A stretch of DNA of 64,000 nucleotides from a virus. The stretch spans positions 59,212 to 123,211 of IMG/VR virus record IMGVR_UViG_3300009103_001660; one strand, given 5' to 3'. A program made the translations under genes and the position numbers. This document shows, piece by piece, positions 20,532 through 30,595 of the stretch (within the stretch, counting starts at the first letter, position 1; every line of letters begins with the position of its first letter). The notes beneath the pieces were generated by a model. The model searched no databases. It saw only the letters and a list, made by a program, of their open reading frames with translations, and was not told the DNA's origin.

Positions 20532-21917
20532 TTACTCTTTGATCTTTATGGTGCCACTGTCCACCCACAAAGCGCCAACCACAGCGGGCTCGCTAGTGGG
20601 TAGTTTACTAGTGTTTAGAACAACGTGACCATCCTTTGTGAGCTTCATCACTTCATCTGCGGTGCTCACGTCGTTACCATCCGTAGAGCTATCGACGCAA
20701 AATAGCAATTCTCCTTGTCCGTTGCCACCTGTTCTTTTATGGACTATAGCAGACTTCATAAGTCTACCGCCTGTGTCTACACCAAATCCTATTCCTGCAT
20801 ATTTGTCGGAAGCGGCAACCTCCGAGTGGATTCTAACTTTCATACCGCCTTGGTCAAAGGTGTCGCTGGCATCATCCACATGAAATAATGAATCAGGCGC
20901 AGTTGCTCCGCCAGTTCCAACGCCGACTCTTTCTGCTGATGTGATGGTAATGGCTGTTGCGTCTGCGCTTGAAGATATACCTGCCGTACTTCCGCCAGCC
21001 GCTGCCCAAGCAGTTGTTCCGTTAGTTTGTGCGGTCAGAACATAATCATTAGTTGACGTAACCGCTGTTGGTAAAGTATAAGCGCCGTTTATTTTTACTC
21101 CTCCTGCATCCAGAATCTGTAGACGTTCGACGGCAGCGTTCCCGCCGCTTGCATTTTCAATTACTAAATTTCCACCAGTATCTTTTATTCTATAGTCAGT
21201 ATAGTTATCTGCTCCCCAAGTGTCATTTGCTCCACGCTGTAGCTCAATCGCGGGAACGGCAGAAGAATCTGTGTCGGCATGAATATTAAAGACCACGCTT
21301 GAATCAGCTTTTTTCATTTGGAGAAGGCAAGTTGGGGACGTGGCACCCGTGCCTATCCCAACTCTTCCGTTTGCTAAGTCAATGCTTAAATTATTCGCGT
21401 GCGCTCCCGTTGTTCCGCCGAAAGTACCTATCCCCGCATCAGAACCAATATACAAACTGTCGTTGGAATCCCTTATCCTAAGATAGGCATCCGTATCAGT
21501 AGATTGAAAATCTGCTAATTGATTGTCAGCATTCACAACACTAATAGGAGAACTTGGACTTGGCTGACCTATGCCCAAGCGATTATTTGTCGAATCCCAA
21601 TGTAAACCAGAATCAGCAAAAATTGTATCTTCGTCAGACCAAATAGCGACCTTATTTGCCGTACCAGTTCCGATTTCTCCTGCTGCTGTTAAATCCGACT
21701 CTGAAACGTCGTTAGACCTCCAGTATAGTTTACCATCAGCTTTAGTATATAAAAGTCCGCCATCTCCATTACTCGGCGCAGATGGGGTACTACCCTGCTC
21801 TTCAGAGATATGAATAATACCACCGACCTCAAGAGCTTGGTCTGGATCAGTAACCCCTGCTCCGACATTATGAAGGAACACAATTGGGTTTATATCTCTT
21901 AGCAGTATTGTTGCCAT
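20532..21917 (-). CDS. Tail fibre-like protein
   Basis: Repeated RLGIG/RVGIGT/RVGVGT fibre motifs. Confidence 0.7.
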   Translation of the reverse strand: MATILLRDINPIVFLHNVGAGVTDPDQALEVGGIIHISEEQGSTPSAPSNGDGGLLYTKADGKLYWRSNDVSESDLTAAGEIGTGTANKVAIWSDEDTIFADSGLHWDSTNNRLGIGQPSPSSPISVVNADNQLADFQSTDTDAYLRIRDSNDSLYIGSDAGIGTFGGTTGAHANNLSIDLANGRVGIGTGATSPTCLLQMKKADSSVVFNIHADTDSSAVPAIELQRGANDTWGADNYTDYRIKDTGGNLVIENASGGNAAVERLQILDAGGVKINGAYTLPTAVTSTNDYVLTAQTNGTTAWAAAGGSTAGISSSADATAITITSAERVGVGTGGATAPDSLFHVDDASDTFDQGGMKVRIHSEVAASDKYAGIGFGVDTGGRLMKSAIVHKRTGGNGQGELLFCVDSSTDGNDVSTADEVMKLTKDGHVVLNTSKLPTSEPAVVGALWVDSGTIKIKE

Positions 21918-21936
21918 ATCTTAAATTACACTTTCT

Positions 21937-22125
21937 TTAATCCATTTTTTCATTTAAAGCTCCCAATACTGTTTTTGTAGCTTTACTTACAACCATATGC
22001 TCTTTATATGTCAGCTTAGCGTTCCTAGCTAAACCGACGATCAGATTAAAAGCATCTTCTACCGACATTTCGTCTACGCGTAAGGATTCTTCTTGATTTG
22101 CCTGTTCTGTATTTTCTGTTTCCAT
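21937..22125 (-). CDS. Small protein, possible fibre chaperone
   Basis: Short helical ORF between two fibre genes. Confidence 0.45.
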   Translation of the reverse strand: METENTEQANQEESLRVDEMSVEDAFNLIVGLARNAKLTYKEHMVVSKATKTVLGALNEKMD

Positions 22126-22144
22126 AAGTTATATTATACTGCAA

Positions 22145-23041
22145 TCATTTAGCTGTGTAAACTCTTATATATCCACGTTTTGGTGCACTTCTTGTGCCAA
22201 GATTAACTTGTATCCAGCCTTCTGTTCCTGCAGATTTTCCTGCGGTTCCTCCATCCTCAAGGATATATTTAGTGTTTCCGCCTATAGCAAATTCTAAATT
22301 TGTTGTAGAGTCTGTTGTATCAATAACCCCAGTATTATCATCCATATCCCAGCTTAATACAATCCCTCGCTCAAAACCACTATCATAAGGATCATCCTGA
22401 AAAAATCTAGCTTCACCTTTTACTGTCAATAGTTGGGAGGATGTGCTTGTCGGCGTAGAAGCTCTTTGTGCTAATATATTTGTTACTGAAGGTAGGCCTA
22501 CCCCTATATTACTATCTAAAAGAGTAGATGCTCCCCCAGATGCTATGGACATAATATCTTTATCTGATGAGTCGTGGCTCTTTTTAATAACAAAGTTATT
22601 TGCAGAGTTTGACCCAACCCTCCATTTGTCCGTATCGTCTTTTCTAAATGATAAATAAGTATCATTGTTATCAGCAGAATTTACAGTAACCATGGCGCTA
22701 CTGTCTGTCGATGCTGTCCCTATGCTTACTTTTCCGTCTTGTTTTGCGGCGAGTGCAGTTATGGTGCTGCTAATTAATCTAATGTCATCTGTCTTGTCGG
22801 CGCTCTCATCATTGACCAATCTCCACTTTTGAGTGTTGCTACTATTGTACCAACTAATGTTACTTTTGTTTCCCGTGTTAACGCTTGATTTAAATTGTAT
22901 TCCCTGTCCAGTGTTATCATGTTCAAGCTTTATGTTTCCGCCTTTTATTACAAGCTTTTCATCTGGCACAAAATCTGCGCCCAACGCCATGTTGTTTAAA
23001 AAAACTACTGGATTTAAATCTTTTAAATTAACTGTTGCCAT
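22145..23041 (-). CDS. Tail fibre-like protein
   Basis: KVSIGT/NIGVG motifs; N-terminus paralogous to 20532..21917. Confidence 0.65.
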   Translation of the reverse strand: MATVNLKDLNPVVFLNNMALGADFVPDEKLVIKGGNIKLEHDNTGQGIQFKSSVNTGNKSNISWYNSSNTQKWRLVNDESADKTDDIRLISSTITALAAKQDGKVSIGTASTDSSAMVTVNSADNNDTYLSFRKDDTDKWRVGSNSANNFVIKKSHDSSDKDIMSIASGGASTLLDSNIGVGLPSVTNILAQRASTPTSTSSQLLTVKGEARFFQDDPYDSGFERGIVLSWDMDDNTGVIDTTDSTTNLEFAIGGNTKYILEDGGTAGKSAGTEGWIQVNLGTRSAPKRGYIRVYTAK

Positions 23042-23339
23042 TATGTTTTATCCTATCTCCATCTAAGTAAAATTCTGACGGCTCAGATGGATCTACTTTA
23101 TGCTTGGCACATTGTATGACCAACTCTTTCATGAAATCGTTAATCTCTTTTTGAGATGGGTCTTTTTTACTTTTTACTTTTTCATAATACTTTATGAATT
23201 TATCGTCTGCGACAAAATCTATTTTGGAGTCTTGTCCGTTCATAATTTTTAAACATTCTAATACCGCGAGGTTGTTAAGAAATTTTGGCTTTTGCAAATC
23301 TTCATCGAAAGACACTTCTGGTTGTTGTAATTTACTCAT
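23028..23339 (-). CDS. Hypothetical protein
   Basis: Tiles in operon. Confidence 0.6.
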   Translation of the reverse strand: MSKLQQPEVSFDEDLQKPKFLNNLAVLECLKIMNGQDSKIDFVADDKFIKYYEKVKSKKDPSQKEINDFMKELVIQCAKHKVDPSEPSEFYLDGDRIKHNGNS

Positions 23340-23341
23340 AT

Positions 23342-24607
23342 TTAAAATGGTGGAAAAAATTCTTGTGATATTTTTTGGTTTGAATTATTAACTACAAAAT
23401 TTCCGCTACTATCTATAATTTGATGGCTAAACGTAACCATAGACCCACTAACGAAAAGTCCTTTTGCATTATTTTCAAAATCGTTCGGGCATGAAAATCT
23501 TAAATTAGATGTGGTCTGCCCTCCAATCGCCTGACCCCCAGCGCTATCAGTAAGCTTTGCGCCAGACAAAACGTGTCTCAATATTACATCAGATCCGTTC
23601 TTGAATTTAACTACTAAATTATAATCAGAATTAGTATCCAAATTATCAGCTAGATTACCCTTTGAAAGACCAGAGTTTAATAGGGAAATAGAGCACTCTG
23701 TTACTACTGGAAAAACCAAAGGCTTATCACTAGGAAGTTTATTTCCAACATAATCAAGGCTTTCTCTGGGTAAGGTAGTATTTGCTGAATACGTTTGAAT
23801 TACTTGGTTTTGAAATTTTATTGACTCATCTCCAGCGGGTGGGTTGCTTTCTAAGATGTCTACCGTTATATCCCCCTGAGTAAAAGCTTTTGGCTGGTTT
23901 GTTACATTTGTATTTGCTTCCGCAAAATGTCTAGGTATAATAATTTTTTTATTATTGGATACAACGACACCAGATTTTAAGTTTAAATCAGGTATATGCA
24001 CACCACTTCCAGAAGTATAAATCACTACATTGTTTGATTGTAAACCAACAGAAGTGGTTGCGACTGATCCAACCTCTGCAGCTATACTGTGACTGGTGGT
24101 ATAACAATTTTGGAAAGACATAACGTTAAAGTCTTTACTTTGGTTATGTATGTAGTCATGTATTAAAAGTGTCCCAGAAACATTGGGGACCTCTAAAGAC
24201 TGGTCTCTTATATCCCCACCTCCATCATTGGTAGTACAGACATAAAGATTTCTTTGATCTTTTTTTCTACCAACGTCAGCGAAGTCATAGAAAAGGTTTT
24301 TACTTTCGCTAGTTGATTGATTTTCTGTATAGAATCCTATTCTATTTTCATTAGATATTCCGTCTGTAATGTAGTTTAATTCTATATCAACCGTTGCCCT
24401 ACCTTTTTGTCTTGCTGTCGGGGTGGACTTTCCTAAGGTTATCGCATCTTGCTGTTGAAAAGATATGCCATAATTAAAAGATTGAAGTCTATTAACTCTT
24501 TTTAAAATTTCATGACCAGGAACACCAGTTATGTATGGGTTTTGTTCGGAAGGAGTAGAACCCATAAAAACGTCTTGTACATTATATATTATCCTGTTTC
24601 GAGCCAT
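23342..24607 (-). CDS. Tail tube-like / major tail protein
   Basis: Beta-rich, duplicated architecture (RLQSFNYGISF...; IQTYSANTTLPRESL..VG); follows portal. Confidence 0.5.
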   Translation of the reverse strand: MARNRIIYNVQDVFMGSTPSEQNPYITGVPGHEILKRVNRLQSFNYGISFQQQDAITLGKSTPTARQKGRATVDIELNYITDGISNENRIGFYTENQSTSESKNLFYDFADVGRKKDQRNLYVCTTNDGGGDIRDQSLEVPNVSGTLLIHDYIHNQSKDFNVMSFQNCYTTSHSIAAEVGSVATTSVGLQSNNVVIYTSGSGVHIPDLNLKSGVVVSNNKKIIIPRHFAEANTNVTNQPKAFTQGDITVDILESNPPAGDESIKFQNQVIQTYSANTTLPRESLDYVGNKLPSDKPLVFPVVTECSISLLNSGLSKGNLADNLDTNSDYNLVVKFKNGSDVILRHVLSGAKLTDSAGGQAIGGQTTSNLRFSCPNDFENNAKGLFVSGSMVTFSHQIIDSSGNFVVNNSNQKISQEFFPPF

Positions 24608-24615
24608 ATAAATTC

Positions 24616-26682
24616 CTATGCTTTACTAACATATAGAATACTGGCTAAATAGTCATCTACTTGGTGGGCGCAAGCTATTTCTTGAATTTGTTTAACTCTT
24701 TTTTTATTCGTATCCACTGGGTTTTTTACATAATCTTTAACTTTTAACTCCCAATTTTTTACAGCTTCGTTTGCCAGTATGACGCCCGTTATTCCTTCGG
24801 CCACTTCTATTTGTTTTTTGTCTAATATCTTCTTTTTAAATTTTCTTTTTAATAGACCACACACTTTATTGAAAACCTTGTCAGCTTTAATAAAATTATC
24901 TTTTACCTTATTTAAAGAAAAGTTCTCAGAGGAAGCTCCAACGGGTTTTACGTTTTTGGTTGATTGGGGGGTGTGGGTTCCTGGGGGTCTTCCCGTTTCT
25001 TGCGGGGTTTTAGGCATTGGAGCTTGTTGCTCTTGCATTTTATTAACTTGTTTTTCTTCTGATTTTAAATTTTTATCAGCAAGATCCATTTGCCCCTTTT
25101 GAGCTTTATCTGCAAGTACGCCTTGAGTGTGCGGTCCTCCTGCCATGGGTTCGTAATACCCTTTCTTTTTGAGTTCTAGATACTTCTTTTGAGATTCTCG
25201 AGACTCTTTACTGTCGGGAAGTCTTCCAGTTTCAAGAGCAGTTATGCCCTCTTCTGCAGTCAAAATGCCAAGTTCAATAAGTCTGCTATATATTCTAGTT
25301 ACCACATCATCGTTTTGTAATGAAATTGGTTCAAAGTGTGGCATGGGATAATTTTTAAACCCTAACTCTTTGGCGATTCTTTTTATTTCTGGAGCTAGAA
25401 AATCATTTATAAAAGCCTCTCTAGCCTTATTAAGCCTCGCTAAGAATAATTCGACTCTACTGTTTTGATTTGCGAACCTTTCCCCAACTCCAGTTATTAT
25501 AGCATTTAATCCCATGGTGATATCTCTATCTACTACTTCATACTTTTTGGGATCCAAGAGGTCAGCAATTTTAGGAACGACAAATTCAGCTTTTGTTGTA
25601 TAATCTGCGATTAGAACTCTACCTATAGATTCGTTTTCAAAAAGTTTCTGCATCGCTTCTAAATTCTTATGGTTTATGCCGCCCTTATCTGGCTCCGAAC
25701 CCATAGTAACTAAAAGAATTGTTTGCTGCATTGTTCTAGTGACAGCCATATCCATCTTTTTGAGCTCGGCTTTCCAGTTTATATCATCCAAAACTGGATA
25801 AGCCATGGGAACAGCTAGGGGCTCATAGTCCTGCCTTTTATAAAAAACCGCATTTAGTTTTTCCATATCCAATGGAACAGTAACAGCACTATGCCTTTGT
25901 TTGATTAGGCTTTTAACCTCTTTCGGCAGATTATTAAATACTTCTCTGTCTTCGTCAGTTTGCGGGTCTTTCAGCCTAAGTAATTCGTAATCGCTTAGTA
26001 CCTTATAGTATTTTCCAGCCGCAAAAGAAATGTTTCCCCCCACCTGAATATCCGCGGGGTTTAAAATAATATATCTAGAAGGAATTACATAAGTTAGACC
26101 AGCATTCGAAGTTCCGAAGGTCTGTGTCATTTTGTTTAAATCATTTTTTTGTATTTTTGCATCAAACCTATAAAGAAAGACATTTCCAGATCGATAGTAC
26201 TCTCTAAAAAATTTATCCTGCAAGCTTGATAGATTTACTTTTTTAAATAGGGCGCTAAAAAAATCTACAGACTTCTTGCTTCCGCCACGGAGAAATATGT
26301 CACTCGCAGAAAATTCCGTCATTAAGTCTATGGCGTTTCTAAAAATAGCAAAATTATAATATGCTTTTTGGCACAAAATAACCGCATCCCTTACATCTAT
26401 GTTTGCAGTACTCCCATACCCGCCAGTATTTTTAAAAGGTACAAGCCCATTATCTATGTTTGCAAATCTATCTGTACGCTCTATGCTTGCAGACCTATTT
26501 CTTCTAGTCCTAGTAGCCGTTGCAGCGGTAGATACGGCGGCGGTAGCTTGTGAGGCGCTTGAAACCATTAGCGGCTCACTAGAACTATTGGACTTTTTGG
26601 TTCTTTTGGTAGCTCTTTTTGCTGGCGCTTTTTTCGCCGTTGCCGCTTTCGTCTGCTTTGGGCTATTTTGACCTTTTTTCAT
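24616..26682 (-). CDS. Portal protein
   Basis: 688 aa directly after terminase; IFRNAIDLMTEF, EYYRSGNVFLYR and other portal-like helical motifs. Confidence 0.75.
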   Translation of the reverse strand: MKKGQNSPKQTKAATAKKAPAKRATKRTKKSNSSSEPLMVSSASQATAAVSTAATATRTRRNRSASIERTDRFANIDNGLVPFKNTGGYGSTANIDVRDAVILCQKAYYNFAIFRNAIDLMTEFSASDIFLRGGSKKSVDFFSALFKKVNLSSLQDKFFREYYRSGNVFLYRFDAKIQKNDLNKMTQTFGTSNAGLTYVIPSRYIILNPADIQVGGNISFAAGKYYKVLSDYELLRLKDPQTDEDREVFNNLPKEVKSLIKQRHSAVTVPLDMEKLNAVFYKRQDYEPLAVPMAYPVLDDINWKAELKKMDMAVTRTMQQTILLVTMGSEPDKGGINHKNLEAMQKLFENESIGRVLIADYTTKAEFVVPKIADLLDPKKYEVVDRDITMGLNAIITGVGERFANQNSRVELFLARLNKAREAFINDFLAPEIKRIAKELGFKNYPMPHFEPISLQNDDVVTRIYSRLIELGILTAEEGITALETGRLPDSKESRESQKKYLELKKKGYYEPMAGGPHTQGVLADKAQKGQMDLADKNLKSEEKQVNKMQEQQAPMPKTPQETGRPPGTHTPQSTKNVKPVGASSENFSLNKVKDNFIKADKVFNKVCGLLKRKFKKKILDKKQIEVAEGITGVILANEAVKNWELKVKDYVKNPVDTNKKRVKQIQEIACAHQVDDYLASILYVSKA

Positions 26683-26703
26683 GCTTTTTATACTTACACT
26701 AAT

Positions 26704-28530
26704 TTATAACATTCTGGGTACAAAAGTTTGTGGTTCTTCTGCTGGGGTTGCCATCATATCATAATAGCACTTTATAGCCCAATTTGCTAACATTAATGTG
26801 GTATAATTATCTTTTCTAGCCCTATTTGCCGAGGTACTCTTCCTTAGGTGTAGCGGTAAATCAAATGTTTGACTACCTCTAGCTGTACTCTTAACCTCAA
26901 CAAGGGCACACTGCTTTTTTGTTTGATATACCAAAGCGTCTTGATTTTCGATAAAGTCTAAAAGGGATGGCTCATTTACGTGGTCTAATTTTACCTTGGA
27001 GTTTGAATATACATTAAAAGCCGCCTCATTACTTTGCACCCTAGAAGCAAACCATATTTTTTTATGATCAATTCGAGCTTGAAGATGTTCATTTGACTTT
27101 CTTATAAAGTCGGTTGTAAAAACTTGCTTGAAGCATACTTTACCGTCTTGTTTATTATATTCCCTTCTAGACTTCCTAATTCCTTTGTCATAATCTGCGC
27201 CTTCTGCGTCGCTATCAAATTCAAAGAATTTTAAATTGATTTTATCACTTTTAAATAATGCATTTTCGTTACAGCTATCTATAAATTGAAATCCAGCATT
27301 ATCAATGCATATCATTTCGATATTAAAATGAGTCATCACATGATACATATACTTGATGTGATCTTTAAGGTCACCGCCAGCAACAGCATAGCTGTGAACC
27401 AACGTACCAGTTTTCGTTTCGTCATCTAATTCAAGAACGGACATTGCAAAATAATCAGAAGAAGGACTATTACTAAAGCTGGGGTCAATACCCATTATAT
27501 ATTTTTTATCTTTATCTCCTATTATTTTTGTAGTTGGACTTTCTCCATCTGGAATGGTGCATTCGTGCATCTTTTTCGCACTAAAATAACTATCACTTCC
27601 GTCAGTAAATTGAGCACAATATTCTCTTTGGAAAGATGAATGACTTTGACCTCCGCTTTGTGCTTCGTCGATAATCGTTCTATCTATCATATGTTCTGGA
27701 AGAGATTCGTATCCCATTTGAGAAATAAAATATTTTGCTTCTTCGCTATCGTTTTTGTCATAGATTTTCGCTGTCCAGTCTTGATAGGTTTTAAATAGAT
27801 TTTCAAAAGTATAACTGGCAGATGATAATGCTATCATTTTTGTATCATTTTCAAAAACAGTTCTGTCCTCCTCCTTCATTTCCCCCTTTTCTATAAGCTT
27901 ATCTTCTATTTCTCTTACCTCTATTCTTTCTTTCATGTTTTGGGGCGCAACCAAAAACGGCATAAGAACTGTTTGGATTATATCTTCTGGAAGAAGAAGG
28001 TACTCATCTAAAACCAAAACGTTTGCGCGAAAACCTCTAATCTTTTCTCCGTTTAGCGGAATGGCTGTAATTGACCCTCCATTTATCAACCATTCAAACT
28101 GGTCGTTTCTTCTAGTTTTTGCACCAAAAGCTTGAGCTAATAATTCTGCACCCTTAGATTCTACTATTTTTTCTAAGTTGTTGAACACAAACCTTGCAGT
28201 TCTAAAAGTCGGACCAGCTATAAGAATTTTAGTTCCAGGATTAAATATGCACTGTAAAAAACAAAAGATTGAAGCAATAAAAGTTTTCCCACAACCACGA
28301 CCCCACACGCACATTGAAAAATTTCTATTCATTAAGGCCTTTAGTGTTATTTCTTGGTAGGGAGCTAACTTAACTCCAGAAATCAAATCTGTAGTAAGCC
28401 CCAAATTTGCCCTTAAGAATTTGGCTAGGCTTATCTTAGCTTCCTTGTTATCTAAATATCCCTTTATGTTAAGAAGCTCAGCGTTTACGCTTGGTATGTC
28501 TTTTTTATATTTATCTGGACAATACCACAT
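26704..28530 (-). CDS. terL: Terminase large subunit
   Basis: Walker A GRGCGKT, Walker B VLVLDE, FQREYCAQF, RNase H-like IMGIDP nuclease domain. Confidence 0.92.
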   Translation of the reverse strand: MWYCPDKYKKDIPSVNAELLNIKGYLDNKEAKISLAKFLRANLGLTTDLISGVKLAPYQEITLKALMNRNFSMCVWGRGCGKTFIASIFCFLQCIFNPGTKILIAGPTFRTARFVFNNLEKIVESKGAELLAQAFGAKTRRNDQFEWLINGGSITAIPLNGEKIRGFRANVLVLDEYLLLPEDIIQTVLMPFLVAPQNMKERIEVREIEDKLIEKGEMKEEDRTVFENDTKMIALSSASYTFENLFKTYQDWTAKIYDKNDSEEAKYFISQMGYESLPEHMIDRTIIDEAQSGGQSHSSFQREYCAQFTDGSDSYFSAKKMHECTIPDGESPTTKIIGDKDKKYIMGIDPSFSNSPSSDYFAMSVLELDDETKTGTLVHSYAVAGGDLKDHIKYMYHVMTHFNIEMICIDNAGFQFIDSCNENALFKSDKINLKFFEFDSDAEGADYDKGIRKSRREYNKQDGKVCFKQVFTTDFIRKSNEHLQARIDHKKIWFASRVQSNEAAFNVYSNSKVKLDHVNEPSLLDFIENQDALVYQTKKQCALVEVKSTARGSQTFDLPLHLRKSTSANRARKDNYTTLMLANWAIKCYYDMMATPAEEPQTFVPRML

Positions 28531-29468
28531 TATAAGACCTTACTGTCATATGCGAGTTGTAAGTCCATTTTTTTATACAAACAACCGCACGTAAATATTT
28601 TTTCTATAATCTCTGAGGCTTTTTTTCTTCCGTGAACAAATAAAAATTGTATATGGGGATATTCTTGGATAAGATCCCTTACATTCCTAAAAATATATTC
28701 TGGGGTAGCCTTAGTATTCTTTTTATAAACGTGGGGCAGATAATTAAATGAGAGACAGTTCGAAAGAGACTCCTCAACCAATACTACTAAATATGCATCC
28801 GCGTCTCTCGCTCTCTCTATTTCATTTTTAAATCTTTCTAGTCCACCACTCATTGTACCTATGAAGTCACCTACAGATTTTCTTTCTATATAACAGTTAC
28901 AAGCCAGCTCCTTGTTACTTAAAGCATAGTCTCCGAACTTCAACGTTTTGACTTCTGTTTCCCTTTTAAATTTTAGTGGTTTTTGTTCTCTTGTATCTAC
29001 GTAAATTTTATATTTAGGGTTATCATACTCTGAGCCATAAACAATATTATCTATATAAGAGTATTTATTTTTAAGACCTATCGACTTACACAGTTCATAA
29101 TAATCTCCTATAATCTTGTTATAAAAATGAATTGGGGGTATCATTACAGATCTTAGTTCGACTTGGCACGGTGAATATATTAGGTTTTTTTTATTTTTTC
29201 TTTTCGTAATTAAGTCTTTGCAATATTCTACCGCTTCGTTTTTTGGTTGGTCTTTAAGCCACATTCTCATATTCGTCCTGCTGTTAAAGTCTGTGGAAAA
29301 ATATTGATCTTTGTTTTTAAATTTGATTATGTCCCCAGTGTGTTTGTCATATCTTGGATATTGAGTTTGATAATATTCTACCATTCTGACCCCGTGAACT
29401 TTTAAATGTGAATGTAAGCTTCGGTCAGTATTAAACTCTTTGTTGCATATTTTACACAAACTACCCAT
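28530..29468 (-). CDS. C2H2 zinc finger plus ERCC4 (XPF/Mus81-type) nuclease
   Basis: CKICNKEF...LHSHLKVH; VDTREQ...GDY...IERKS catalytic motifs. Confidence 0.85.
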   Translation of the reverse strand: MGSLCKICNKEFNTDRSLHSHLKVHGVRMVEYYQTQYPRYDKHTGDIIKFKNKDQYFSTDFNSRTNMRMWLKDQPKNEAVEYCKDLITKRKNKKNLIYSPCQVELRSVMIPPIHFYNKIIGDYYELCKSIGLKNKYSYIDNIVYGSEYDNPKYKIYVDTREQKPLKFKRETEVKTLKFGDYALSNKELACNCYIERKSVGDFIGTMSGGLERFKNEIERARDADAYLVVLVEESLSNCLSFNYLPHVYKKNTKATPEYIFRNVRDLIQEYPHIQFLFVHGRKKASEIIEKIFTCGCLYKKMDLQLAYDSKVL

Positions 29469-30594
29469 CTAGTACCTCATCTTCTGATATACCTAAGATC
29501 CTTGATTTTATTTCGTCCATGGTGGAAAGATTTTTTACCTCTCTTTTGATGTCTTTTTTTCTTAATTCCGCTAGGTCTATTAATTTTTTTCTAGACTCTT
29601 CCTCTTTCCATATCTGAACTAGATTTATAATGCTTGCATTTTCTTTTATTTGATTTTTGAGGCGGTCACTTCTTTTTTCCTTCAGGGCTTCGAGAAGCTT
29701 TGTTTGCCTGTTGATACATTGATTGTATTCAGTTTGAGATTTACTTATGGATTCTACGAGAGACATAGATATTCTTCTACCCTCTGTATCATCTGCAGCA
29801 TTGTCTAAAAGTCCAGACAGGTGTTCTATTCTTCTTTGTATGTTAGAAGCTATTACAACTTCTGCGGATAATACGATATACTGATCTACCTCTTCTTGGG
29901 TTAAGTCTGGTTTGTCCCACGTATATCTAACGAAACTACTTTCAAACAAGTCTCTATCGGTTTGGCTTACGTAGTTGTTAATTTGATGTAAGAATCTATA
30001 GGTATTTAAATATCCTATAAATTTTTCTATATCCTTTTTTATTTTGGTGTTTGTTTTACTTTTATCTATAGCTTCGTGAACATATCTGTTTATTTTAGAT
30101 ATGGCTTTATCAATAGTTTTCGGCGGCTTATACTCCTCCATGGCAATTCCTGCAGTATTTTGAAAAGATTCAGAAACGTTCAATGTGTCTGTGTATTCTT
30201 TTACTGCTCGAGCTTCTTGGCTCAAGTTTGAAAGCTCTTGGTTATCAAATAGTATTCTGGCCATTTCGACGCAACTCATCATGGTAAAATTATTTCTGAT
30301 ATACTCTTTATGCTCTTCGGTCAATGTTATCTTTTTAGGTTGGTAATCGTGCAGGGATCGCGCTTCTATTTTCCTTGTTGCTAAGAATGCTTTAACTAGT
30401 CTACCCTCTTTTGTTCGGCCATCTAAATTTTGTCCAGGAAAAGCGACATTAATCATTTCCTTGAGAGAGGGGGGATTACTAGGTCGAGAATTCCACTCGT
30501 TTAAAATTAGATTCTCTTGATCGTCCGTAAGGCCGTTTTCATTGTCGGGCCTACGTTCATAATAATCTTCCCCAGATGAAGCGTGTAAATCCAT
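29461..30594 (-). CDS. Helical/coiled-coil protein, possible terminase small subunit
   Basis: Upstream of terL; HTH-like segments; coiled-coil C-terminus. Confidence 0.4.
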   Translation of the reverse strand: MDLHASSGEDYYERRPDNENGLTDDQENLILNEWNSRPSNPPSLKEMINVAFPGQNLDGRTKEGRLVKAFLATRKIEARSLHDYQPKKITLTEEHKEYIRNNFTMMSCVEMARILFDNQELSNLSQEARAVKEYTDTLNVSESFQNTAGIAMEEYKPPKTIDKAISKINRYVHEAIDKSKTNTKIKKDIEKFIGYLNTYRFLHQINNYVSQTDRDLFESSFVRYTWDKPDLTQEEVDQYIVLSAEVVIASNIQRRIEHLSGLLDNAADDTEGRRISMSLVESISKSQTEYNQCINRQTKLLEALKEKRSDRLKNQIKENASIINLVQIWKEEESRKKLIDLAELRKKDIKREVKNLSTMDEIKSRILGISEDEVLDG

Positions 30595-30595
30595 T

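Noticed and set aside
863-26671. Many plus-strand ORFs in the track overlapping the structural genes
   Set aside because: Antisense shadows of long minus-strand CDSs with no motifs
26704-28530. Intein or intron in terminase
   Set aside because: Motifs are contiguous at normal length; no C/S...HN intein boundaries seen
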